From a virus, in IMG/VR virus record IMGVR_UViG_3300045988_037140, positions 11,143-75,142 of that record: a stretch of 64,000 bases of DNA; one strand, 5' to 3'. Shown here in pieces: positions 1-6,778 of this stretch. Position numbers and translations under genes: made by a program. Within the stretch, counting starts at the first letter, position 1, and every line of letters starts with the position of its first letter. The notes beneath the pieces are model-generated. The model had not been told where the DNA came from, ran no database searches, and saw nothing but the letters and a program-made list of their open reading frames with translations.

Positions 1-75
1 ATGGAATCGAAGTTGATGAATACCCGATCCCAGAAAAGAAGAAGCCAAAAAGGAAATTTGATTTCTAATAAAAAA

Positions 76-104
76 TATTGTATAATATTTATAGAAACTG
101 AGAG
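76..104 (+). promoter_or_regulatory. phage consensus promoter (TATAAT at 81-86 followed by ATTTATAGAAA box)
   Basis: First of about 20 copies of the motif TGnTATAATATTTATAGAAAGTTAAGAAAGGA seen across the window. Confidence 0.5.
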
Positions 105-280
105 AAATGGTTGCCACACACTTAACTCTTAAAAATAAGGTATGCGTGGTGAGGTTAACGGAAGGTGTTGCAAGGTCTATTAAAGACTTAACCGAGAGAG
201 AAAAACCCCTTTTGCTGAAGAGCAAAACAAATATACTGAGTCTTGAATGTTGGCAACTTGAACGAGAGACTCGTAAATAT

Positions 281-356
281 TGTCCTGTAGCTCAGCTGGC
301 AGAGCACGCGACTGTTAATCGTGGGGTCGAGGGTTCGAACCCCTCCGGGACAGCCA
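281..356 (+). tRNA. tRNA-Asn (GTT)
   Basis: Cloverleaf by hand. Acceptor tgtcctg/cgggaca; D-arm gctc-agctggca-gagc; anticodon loop ctGTTaa; T-arm gaggg-ttcgaac-ccctc; encoded CCA. Confidence 0.8.
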
Positions 357-407
357 AAGTCGATGTTTGAAGGAATCGTCGCGACTTTAACCCTAAACCT
401 TCAGTAT

Positions 408-490
408 GCGGGATTGGCGGAATGGTAGACGCGCTAGACTTAGGATCTAGTGTCTATGGCGTAAGGGTTCGAGTCCCTTATCCCGTACCA
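408..490 (+). tRNA. tRNA-Leu (TAG), type II
   Basis: Acceptor gcgggat/atcccgt; anticodon stem ctaga/tctag; loop ctTAGga; long variable arm; T-arm aaggg-ttcgagt-ccctt; CCA. Confidence 0.8.
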
Positions 491-628
491 ATGAGGCGTT
501 AACATGGATTTTGATTGGTAAACTACCACCGGCATCCAATGCGCGGCAATGCCAAGCAGCGAAGATATGTGGCTTAGTGGACAACGCCTGTCTAAATATA
601 AGAAAGCAAAGTAACCAATCGTGAATAT

Positions 629-715
629 GCGGCTATGTTGAAATCGGTAGACAAGCAAGCTTGAGGTGCTTGTGATCGAAAGGTCGTGTGAGTTCAAATC
701 TCACTAGCCGCACCA
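629..715 (+). tRNA. tRNA-Leu (GAG), type II
   Basis: Acceptor gcggcta/tagccgc; anticodon stem caagc/gcttg; loop ttGAGgt; long variable arm; T-arm gtgag-ttcaaat-ctcac; CCA. Confidence 0.75.
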
Positions 716-906
716 ATGAGTCTAATCCGCTCAAGTCATAAGGATTGGTGTCAACCGCTCACCTTACGCAGGTTGCCGATTGTGGGTGCAAGTTTGGAAA
801 CCCTCCCTGTGTCCACGGGATCTGGATAGTCTTTTGTTGTTTTATTACTTAAATAAAATTAACCGGTATAGCTTACCGTTAGAGGAGTGACTCTCCTTAA
901 GTATTT

Positions 907-983
907 GGTCTCGTAGTTCAGAAGAGTAGAACGCTAGCCTGTCACGCTAGAGGTCACGGGTTCAAGTCCCGTCGGGATCGCCA
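907..983 (+). tRNA. tRNA-Asp (GTC)
   Basis: Acceptor ggtctcg/cgggatc; D-stem gttc/gaac; anticodon stem ctagc/gctag; loop ctGTCac; T-arm acggg-ttcaagt-cccgt; CCA. Confidence 0.75.
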
Positions 984-1204
984 ATAAGAGAATATTGAAA
1001 CGGTTCAGGTCTTATCGGCCGTCTAGGCAGGCGAGGTAGAGTGAGGTAAGTTGCGGTGGAAATCCCTTGAATTAGCGTAAAAAAACCTACGCCTGAAATT
1101 CTGGAAGTGGAATTTTGCGAAGTCGGAGTAGCGTAAGCGTGTGGCTGAAATATGACCACCCGCCTAGACTTTAGTATTCTCTTTATTTGAAAAATAATAA
1201 ATAT

Positions 1205-1232
1205 TATGATATAATATTTATAGAAAGTAAGA
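1205..1232 (+). promoter_or_regulatory. phage consensus promoter (TGATATAAT + ATTTATAGAAAGTAAGAAAG)
   Basis: Motif copy; the transcript would begin at or into the AAGAC-clamped ncRNA module A. Confidence 0.5.
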
Positions 1233-1325
1233 AAGACACAGTACAGCAAGTTTTTTAATGGGATAATTCTTTTCTCGCCACGAAAATGATAACTGGTTCG
1301 AGTCCAGTGCAAAAACCTGTGTCTT
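1233..1325 (+). ncRNA. AAGAC-clamped tRNA-like ncRNA module A
   Basis: A 9-bp terminal clamp aagacacag/ctgtgtctt encloses a D-region (tacagcaa...), a hairpin ttttc-tcgccac-gaaaa, a T-arm actgg-ttcgagt-ccagt and an A/U acceptor-like pairing (tttttt/aaaaa). No CCA. It lies immediately after a promoter. Confidence 0.35.
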
Positions 1326-1334
1326 GCTGAATAT

Positions 1335-1425
1335 TGCCCCGTGGTGTAATGGTTAGCACGGCGGTCTCTAAAACCGTATCCCTCTGAAGGAGTAAGTCTG
1401 GGTTCGAACCCCAGCGGGGCTGCCA
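1335..1425 (+). tRNA. amber-suppressor tRNA (anticodon CUA, reads UAG), type II-like with Gln-like determinants
   Basis: Anticodon stem gcggt/accgt with a 7-nt loop ctCTAaa (U33, A37). T-arm ctggg-ttcgaac-cccag; acceptor tgccccg/cggggct with a U1-U72 mismatch; discriminator G73; CCA. The variable arm is 20 nt (ctct-gaa-ggag hairpin); D-arm gtgt-aatggtta-gcac. Confidence 0.7.
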
Positions 1426-1547
1426 GCAACACCTCCTGACATTTTTCGAGCGTTGTCGTTAACTAGAACTCGACCTCAGTGGTTTAATGTACGAGGTACT
1501 GGTAAGTGATGGTACTACCACTCTTCACTTTTCTCTATATATCTTAT

Positions 1548-1623
1548 GGGGCCTTAGCTCATCTGGGAGAGCGCCTGCCTTGCAAGCAGGAGGTGGCGGG
1601 TTCAAGTCCCGCAGGTTCCACCA
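1548..1623 (+). tRNA. tRNA-Ala (TGC)
   Basis: Acceptor ggggcct/aggttcc with the G3-U70 Ala identity pair; anticodon loop ctTGCaa; T-arm ggcgg-gttcaag-tcccgc; CCA. Confidence 0.85.
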
Positions 1624-1801
1624 AAGAGAAGTTTTTTTGGTTCTTCTCGGTTATATTAAATTAGTGATTATATTTGTTAAAAACCAGTTTAGGTTTGGTT
1701 TGATTACCCTTTTCTTTCCCCCTTATATAACGAAACGAAAACGGTAATGGTGCGTGACGCCGCGTTCCCTGAATAGCTTCGCAAGAAGAAGTGCGAGTTA
1801 T

Positions 1802-1878
1802 GGTCCCATCTACTAACTGGTCTAGGTAATCAGCCTCTCAAGCTGAAAATGTGAGTTCGAGTCTCGCTGGGATCACCA
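1802..1878 (+). tRNA. tRNA-Glu (CTC), atypical D-arm
   Basis: Acceptor ggtccca/tgggatc; anticodon stem tcagc/gctga; loop ctCTCaa; T-arm gtgag-ttcgagt-ctcgc; CCA. The D-arm is irregular. Confidence 0.5.
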
Positions 1879-1953
1879 CCTTACTTTTATCGCTTTTAGT
1901 AAGGAATCGAGACATTATTGCCCCAATAGACGGCTTTGTAGTCTATTTAATAT

Positions 1954-2028
1954 GCTCCCATGGACAAGTGGTTAAGTCCCCGCCCTTTCACGGCGGTGTC
2001 GTCAGTTCGATCCTGACTGGGAGTACCA
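1954..2028 (+). tRNA. tRNA-Glu (TTC)
   Basis: Acceptor gctccca/tgggagt; anticodon stem ccgcc/ggcgg; loop ctTTCac; T-arm gtcag-ttcgatc-ctgac; CCA. Confidence 0.75.
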
Positions 2029-2070
2029 TTAACAATAGGAAATATACATAGATGAAAAGGAGAAGATATT

Positions 2071-2307
2071 ATGAAGCAGGTTCACGGTACTTTCGATTCT
2101 TTTAAGACTCTGGGTGCGGCAATGGGCTTTAAGGCTCCTAAGGTCAAGGAGAAGGAGCATAAGTGCCCCAATTGCGGTGGCGTGATGGAGCGAGCTGGCG
2201 ACTCCAATGTTTTTGTTTGTCCTTTCAATAAGCTGGAAGAGCGTGACCTGAAGGGTAAGCCGGTGCAGGTGTTTAGCAAGTGCGGTAAGTTTGTTATCGC
2301 TGATTAA
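2071..2307 (+). CDS. small zinc-ribbon protein (CPNCGG...CPFN...C)
   Basis: 78-aa ORF with RBS aaaggagaag; Cys4 pattern; embedded in the tRNA array. Confidence 0.45.
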   Translation: MKQVHGTFDSFKTLGAAMGFKAPKVKEKEHKCPNCGGVMERAGDSNVFVCPFNKLEERDLKGKPVQVFSKCGKFVIAD

Positions 2308-2344
2308 CATATTGACCTGAGTAAGTCGGTAAACTGCTCTTTAT

Positions 2345-2420
2345 ATCGCGGTAGCTCAGTTGGTAGAGCGGCAGGTTGAAGCCCTGCGCGTCGCTGGTTC
2401 AAGCCCAGCCCGCGGTGCCA
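2345..2420 (+). tRNA. tRNA-Phe (GAA)
   Basis: Acceptor atcgcgg/ccgcggt; D-arm gctc-agttggtaga-gagc; anticodon loop ttGAAgc; T-arm gctgg-ttcaagc-ccagc; CCA. Confidence 0.85.
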
Positions 2421-2495
2421 TTGCGGTGGTGGAGCAACGGTAGCTCACTAGCCTCATAAGCTAGAGACGACGTTCGAATCGTCCGACCGCAACCA
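2421..2495 (+). tRNA. tRNA-Met/Ile2/fMet family (CAT), irregular acceptor
   Basis: D-arm gagc-aacggta-gctc; anticodon stem ctagc/gctag; loop ctCATaa; T-loop ttcgaat. The acceptor pairing needs one mismatch or an offset. Confidence 0.55.
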
Positions 2496-2517
2496 TAGGC
2501 ATAAAGCCATTATGGGT

Positions 2518-2634
2518 AAGACGCACACAGCAAATTTTTTCTTTTGAAAAATATTTTAGCTCATTGGTAGAGCATCAAACTGTTAATTTGACTGTAGCTG
2601 GTTCAAATCCGGCAAATAATTTTCTTTGCGTCTT
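2518..2634 (+). ncRNA. AAGAC-clamped module F enclosing an AT-rich tRNA-like (Asn GTT-like) element
   Basis: Clamp aagacgca/tgcgtctt with an acagcaaa box just after the 5' strand. It encloses the cloverleaf at 2550-2621. Confidence 0.4.
2550..2621 (+). tRNA. tRNA-like Asn (GTT) with an all-A/U acceptor stem (A2-A71 mismatch), no CCA
   Basis: D-arm gctc-attggta-gagc; anticodon stem tcaaa/tttga; loop ctGTTaa; T-arm gctgg-ttcaaat-ccggc; acceptor aatattt/aaataat. Confidence 0.45.
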
Positions 2635-2743
2635 GTAAAATTAAATAAGGAGGTTATTTTCTATGTTCCAAGACATTGATGACATGATCTTTGCTGATGT
2701 AGAACCCACGATTAGTGAGAAGTAAACATCATGTCCTTTATAT

Positions 2744-2835
2744 GTCGGGTTGGCTGAGTGGCTTAAAGCAGCAGTTTGCTAAACTGTCGACCGTGGAAAC
2801 GCGGTCCGAAGGTTCGAATCCTTCACCCGACGCCA
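2744..2835 (+). tRNA. tRNA-Ser (GCT), type II
   Basis: Acceptor gtcgggt/acccgac; anticodon loop ttGCTaa; long variable arm; T-arm cgaag-gttcgaa-tcctt; CCA. Confidence 0.8.
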
Positions 2836-3138
2836 GGGAAATGAGGAATAAACTCCGTAGAACAAAGAGTAAGTCTTTAGGATATGCTGTGCCTGCACAG
2901 AAATCTATTAGTGGTACTGATGCCTAAGTACACGGTGCGGAGGCCACCAAGAGGAAATAGCTGACGTGAAAAGCGTCTTGTCTTGCTGACATGACAATAA
3001 ACTTTGAACGGGTCGCTTAATGCGGGATTCGTGCCTGCGGGTGTAAAGTCAGAAAAGTAGGGGTATGCAGTTTGAAATCTGCAGGAGTAGCTATCGGTGA
3101 ATCCCCACCTCCACCGTCCCTTAAAATTCAAATAATAT

Positions 3139-3214
3139 GCTGGCATAGCTCAGTTGGTAGAGCTACTGATTTGTAATCAGTGGGTTGGGAGTTCGAGTCT
3201 CTCTGTCAGCTCCA
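3139..3214 (+). tRNA. tRNA-Thr (TGT)
   Basis: Acceptor gctggca/tgtcagc; anticodon stem actga/tcagt; loop ttTGTaa; T-arm gggag-ttcgagt-ctctc; CCA. Confidence 0.8.
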
Positions 3215-3345
3215 TAGGCTTAGGAAGTAGCCTACAACTTCCACAAGGCGTGAAATCGCTCTAGCGACGAAACGGATATTACCAATTGGTAGTAGCACGG
3301 TATCTAATGATGCCCTATATCGGTGCTGTGCACCGATATAGATAT

Positions 3346-3422
3346 GTCCCTTTAGCTTAGTTGGACAAAGCGTGCGGCTACGAACCGCAAGACCGGGAGT
3401 TCGAGTCTCTCAAGGGATGCCA
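3346..3422 (+). tRNA. tRNA-Arg (ACG)
   Basis: Acceptor gtccctt/aagggat; D-stem gctt/aagc; anticodon stem tgcgg/ccgca; loop ctACGaa; T-arm gggag-ttcgagt-ctctc; CCA. Confidence 0.8.
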
Positions 3423-3423
3423 T

Positions 3424-3500
3424 GTGGCTGTAGCTCAGTTGGTTAGAGCACTTGATTGTGGCTCAAGTTGTCGTGGATTCGAATTCCACCAGTCACCCCA
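3424..3500 (+). tRNA. tRNA-His (GTG), no encoded G-1
   Basis: Acceptor gtggctg/cagtcac; anticodon stem cttga/tcaag; loop ttGTGgc; discriminator C73; CCA. The nucleotide at position -1 is T, not G. Confidence 0.8.
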
Positions 3501-3566
3501 CGAGACCCAAACAGCAATTTTCAATCATATGTTTTTGGTACATACAAGATGAAAGGGGTCTAGAAA

Positions 3567-3718
3567 TGAATAAGAAGATTTACAAGCAAGCTATGAAGAA
3601 AACTGGCGATGAACTACAAGAGTGGCTTCAGTTCAAGCATCGAGGATCTTCTGTGCAAGCTAAGAAGGGAAAAGGTTCCTATTCCCGCAAACAAAAGCAT
3701 AAAGATAGGGAGTGTTGA
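3567..3718 (+). CDS. hypothetical small basic protein
   Basis: ATG with RBS gaaagggg; 50 aa; Lys-rich. Confidence 0.4.
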
Positions 3719-3720
3719 GT

Positions 3721-4035
3721 ATGTCTCGTTCTTATCGAAAACAGCCTGTTTGGAAAGATCATAATCGGGGTATGAAAGCGATGGCCAATCGAAAAGTGCG
3801 GCGGGCGCTTAACCGAGATGCTAATTTTGAGTTACCCAATTCTCTCTATAAAAGATACTTTTGTCAATATGACATTTGTGACTATTGTTTTCTTGTTTCT
3901 CGTAGCTTTGAGCAGTTTTATCAAAGTCGTATTAGAAACTGGAAAGAGCGTAGATATTATTGGTTCTGGAAAGATCAGCCATATCCTACGAGAAAAGAAG
4001 TTTACAAGGATTGGCTTAATTATCGTGGTAAATAA
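3721..4035 (+). CDS. hypothetical protein
   Basis: ATG after RBS ggag; 104 aa; no recognisable motif. Confidence 0.4.
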   Translation: MSRSYRKQPVWKDHNRGMKAMANRKVRRALNRDANFELPNSLYKRYFCQYDICDYCFLVSRSFEQFYQSRIRNWKERRYYWFWKDQPYPTRKEVYKDWLNYRGK

Positions 4036-4112
4036 GCGGCTATCGCCTAATGGATATGGCAACAGCCTTCTAAGCTGTCACAATCTGAGTTCGAATCTCA
4101 GTAGCCGTACCA
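4036..4112 (+). tRNA. tRNA-Arg (TCT)
   Basis: Acceptor gcggcta/tagccgt; anticodon stem acagc/gctgt; loop ctTCTaa; T-arm ctgag-ttcgaat-ctcag; CCA. Confidence 0.8.
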
Positions 4113-4116
4113 ATAT

Positions 4117-4462
4117 GGGGGTATAAAGGTTTCGACGGGGCATTGAGAAGTTAGAACACACGGGTAGGCGACCTCCTTACGGCGCAACAAACAATTAACT
4201 GACAACAATTATTTTGATTCTCACATGGCAGCTTGAGCTTTTGCTCGCTGACCATTAACTGTATACCTCTGGTTTCTTTGTTTTCCTTCTAAAAATAAAG
4301 TGGTGGATGCGTTGTACTTATAACCGGTACGGCCCTATAGTTTAGTTAGTTTGTTCTTGACTTGTGGCTCTATTCAAAAGCTATAAATAAGGACTATCGT
4401 GTAAGAATGTTCTGATTAAGTAGATGTTTCGGACACGGGTTCGACTCCCGTTACCTCCACCA
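4117..4462 (+). ncRNA. ssrA: tmRNA (SsrA), phage-encoded
   Basis: 5' end gggggtataaaggtttcgacgggg and 3' end tttcggacacgggttcgactcccgttacctccacca match the canonical tmRNA ends (GGGG...GGUUUCGACGGGG ... UUCGGACGCGGGUUCAACUCCCG...CUCCACCA). The acceptor gggggta/tacctcc pairs. Candidate tag ORF: ...DNNYFDSHMAA followed by TGA. Confidence 0.75.
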
Positions 4463-4467
4463 AACTT

Positions 4468-4544
4468 GTCCGCTTAGCTCAGCTGGCTAGAGCAACCGAC
4501 TCTTAATCGGTGGGTCCAGAGTTCGAATCTCTGAGTGGGCACCA
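4468..4544 (+). tRNA. tRNA-Lys (CTT)
   Basis: Acceptor gtccgct/agtgggc; anticodon stem accga/tcggt; loop ctCTTaa; T-arm cagag-ttcgaat-ctctg; CCA. Confidence 0.8.
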
Positions 4545-4548
4545 ATAT

Positions 4549-4638
4549 GCGGGGATGGCCGAGTGGTTGATGGCGCCAGTCTAGAAAACTGGAGGCCCAG
4601 CAATGGGTCCGGGAGTTCGAATCTCTCTCCCCGCGCCA
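4549..4638 (+). tRNA. tRNA-Ser with anticodon AGA (A34), type II
   Basis: Ser-like D-arm gcc-gagtggttgat-ggc; anticodon stem ccagt/actgg; loop ctAGAaa; long variable arm; T-arm gggag-ttcgaat-ctctc; acceptor gcgggga/tccccgc; G73; CCA. Confidence 0.6.
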
Positions 4639-4642
4639 GTAT

Positions 4643-4719
4643 AGTTTGGTAGCTCAGTTGGTTAGAGCACTCGATTGATAATCGAGAGGTCGTGAGTTCA
4701 AGTCTCACCCAGACTACCA
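4643..4719 (+). tRNA. tRNA-Ile (GAT)
   Basis: Acceptor agtttgg/ccagact; anticodon stem ctcga/tcgag; loop ttGATaa; T-arm gtgag-ttcaagt-ctcac; CCA. Confidence 0.8.
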
Positions 4720-4781
4720 TTTGGAGATATTTCTTTAATTTAATTATCTTTTTCTTTATAAGTATTGAGGAAGGTGATAAA

Positions 4782-5642
4782 ATGAAGATTTATAATCCAA
4801 TTAACTATTCCTATATCACTGTTGTAGAAATTCCAAAGACAGAGATTTCAAAGTTCGATATGGCGCTATGTCAACAGCCTCGTTAGACTTTGAAAGCCTA
4901 CTATGATAGTTGCGCTGTTAAGCCTTCTATCGTTTCCAATGGTGGTTTCTTCAGCATGACTGATGGTTCAACAGCCTTTAACTATACCGATGAAGGTATA
5001 ATCATTAGTTCTAATTCTCTTTACAAAGAAGGATTTGGAACTGTCAATGGAGAGTTAAAGTACGGTGTAATTGGTCAAGAGAAGTTTGAGGACTTCGTAA
5101 GTGGCTATCCAGTCTTAATTAAGGCGGGCGCCGCAGTTCCTATTACTATTGCTTCCGAGATTAACTACAAGGCTAGAAGAACTATTCTAGCTTATAATAA
5201 AGAAAATATCTTTATTGTAGCTATTGAATCTCCGGGCATGAACTTCTCACAAATGCAATCTTTCTTGCGGACTCTCAAGGTTGACTACGCTATTAACCTT
5301 GATGGAGGCGGAAGTACCAAGATATTGCATGATGGCAAGTGTATCACAAAGGCGCTTGCTAATCGTCCTGTTGATAATATAATGGCTGTTTATCTAAAGC
5401 CAAAAGTTATTTACAGAGTATAGCTTGGTGCATTTAGCAAGAAAGCTAATGCAGATGCATTTTTAGCTAAAATCAAGGCTCTTCCTGATACTATCAATGC
5501 AGGATATAAGAATGCTTATGTTCGCAAGGTTGGTAGTTATTGGAAGGTTCAAATTGGTGCGTTCTCTGTGAAAGCTAACGCAACACGAGTTGTAAATGAT
5601 CTAAAGAGTAAGGGCTATAATGCCTTCATTACGACAACTTGA
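4782..5642 (+). CDS. phosphodiester-glycosidase-like (NAGPA/DUF2233-type, ...INLDGGGS...) protein with a C-terminal SPOR domain; two in-frame TAG codons
   Basis: ATG at 4782 with RBS gaggaaggtga. In-frame TAGs at 4884 and 5421 join the ORF-track pieces 4692-4886 and 4890-5423 to a C-terminal extension ending at TGA 5640-5642. The extension contains two SPOR-type repeats, RV*LGAFS and KVQIGAFS. Confidence 0.55.
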
Positions 5643-5657
5643 TTTTCTAAAAATATT

Positions 5658-5685
5658 TTGTTATAATATTTATAGAAGATAAGAG
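5658..5685 (+). promoter_or_regulatory. phage consensus promoter
   Basis: tgttataat + atttatagaagataagag motif immediately upstream of ncRNA module B. Confidence 0.5.
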
Positions 5686-5791
5686 AAGACGCTTGCCGCA
5701 ACCACTACTATTGTAATAGTCAAAAGGTTAAGACATTTCTCTACAAAAGAAACAATTTGGGTTCGATTCCCAATTACACAAAAGGCGTCTT
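5686..5791 (+). ncRNA. AAGAC-clamped tRNA-like ncRNA module B
   Basis: Clamp aagacgc/gcgtctt. Interior: hairpin tttct-ctacaaa-agaaa (anticodon-arm-like), T-arm ttggg-ttcgatt-cccaa, and a 5-bp A/U acceptor-like pairing tgtaa/ttaca. No CCA. Confidence 0.35.
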
Positions 5792-5833
5792 GTTATGGTC
5801 AGCCCGTAAGACCTTAAATGGCGGGACACCTAT

Positions 5834-5909
5834 CCGGGTGTAGCGCAGTTGGTAGCGCGCCTGATTTGGGTTCAGGAGGCCCAGAGTTCGAATCTCTGCA
5901 CTCGGACCA
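5834..5909 (+). tRNA. tRNA-Pro (TGG)
   Basis: Acceptor ccgggtg/cactcgg; D-arm gcgc-agttggta-gcgc; anticodon loop ttTGGgt; T-arm cagag-ttcgaat-ctctg; CCA. Confidence 0.85.
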
Positions 5910-5947
5910 ATCCCCATTTGGTGGGGACTATGTATCACTCCTTTCCT

Positions 5948-6100
5948 ATGTTATATAAAGACCTATACAGCAAATCTTTCTTTACTAATAGAAGAAGATA
6001 TAATGATTAGCAAGTCATTGCTGCCAGACGTCGAGATAGCTCTTTAGAACGAAGACAGGCGAGAGCTATGGAGTCATAAGTCTAAGTTTTCGTGGGTCTT
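5948..6100 (+). ncRNA. AAGAC-clamped ncRNA module E (no obvious T-arm)
   Basis: 5' aagacctatacagcaaa shares the acagcaa box with modules A, D and F. The 3' end gggtctt pairs with the 5' end. The interior has stems but no TPsiC-like loop. Confidence 0.25.
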
Positions 6101-6103
6101 GAA

Positions 6104-6150
6104 ATGTTATAATATTTTTGTTATAATATTTATAGAAAGTTAAGAAAGGA
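6104..6150 (+). promoter_or_regulatory. tandem phage consensus promoters (two TGTTATAAT boxes) + leader/RBS
   Basis: tgttataat(6106), tgttataat(6118), atttatagaaagttaagaaaggaag, then ATG at 6161. Confidence 0.5.
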
Positions 6151-6160
6151 AGTAAATGGT

Positions 6161-6346
6161 ATGAAGAAAATTGATATGGGTTGCTACTACTTTTCCGACA
6201 AGGGTTTGGTTCGTACAGTTGCCAGAGCAACAGATATGGAGACGAAGAAGTCGATGATTATGTTCGTTAACATTGAATCTGGCGGGTGTGCAAGTCAGCC
6301 TCTTTTAATTTCTGAGGAGAAGTTTGCGGCGACTTACATCAGGTAA
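6161..6346 (+). CDS. hypothetical protein
   Basis: 61-aa ORF directly behind the promoter and leader. Confidence 0.4.
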   Translation: MKKIDMGCYYFSDKGLVRTVARATDMETKKSMIMFVNIESGGCASQPLLISEEKFAATYIR

Positions 6347-6353
6347 GTCGTAT

Positions 6354-6430
6354 GCGGGATTAGCTCAGCAGGTTAGAGCATTTGCCTTACAAGCAAGGGG
6401 TCACAGGTTCGAGTCCTGTATCCCGTACCA
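6354..6430 (+). tRNA. tRNA-Val (TAC)
   Basis: Acceptor gcgggat/atcccgt; anticodon stem tttgc/gcaag; loop ctTACaa; T-arm acagg-ttcgagt-cctgt; CCA. Confidence 0.85.
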
Positions 6431-6702
6431 GCGTTGGGAGCGCTACAGTGGTCACACACAAAAACTGCCTTAGAACAAATAAACAAAAGCTAAGGTGAGG
6501 AATTTAACCGCCTAAATGAAGGGTTATGATTTAGAATAAGACGCTAGCCAGCAATTTTATTTTCTATAAAGAAAGTTTATACAGAGGATTGTGAAGAATC
6601 ATCTATGATCGCCGTTTGGCTAGTTCTCCTGGGGTAAGAGAGAGTTAATTGACAGAAGAGCGAATGTAAATTGATTAAAACTCTTTAGCGTCTTGATTAT
6701 TT

Positions 6703-6778
6703 AGCGGTGTTGCGAAGTGGTTAACGCGCATGGCTTTGACCCATGTATTCGAAGGTTCGAACCCTTCCACCGCTGCCA
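6703..6778 (+). tRNA. tRNA-Gln (TTG)
   Basis: Acceptor agcggtg/caccgct (A1-U72, G73); anticodon stem catgg/ccatg; loop ctTTGac; T-arm gaagg-ttcgaac-ccttc; CCA. Confidence 0.8.

Noticed and set aside
107-1432. ORF-track entries 107-370(+), 440-697(-), 962-1432(-), 1487-1747(+), 1851-2051(+), 2029-2310(-), 2715-2927(+), 3361-3552(+), 4487-4720(-) as protein genes
   Set aside because: They overlap well-folded tRNA/tmRNA genes on either strand, have no RBS and translate to low-complexity sequence. They are artefacts of 6-frame translation.
2663-2725. 20-codon ORF MFQDIDDMIFADVEPTISEK with a strong RBS between tRNAs
   Set aside because: Too short to support without conservation data. Mentioned only as a possible leader peptide.
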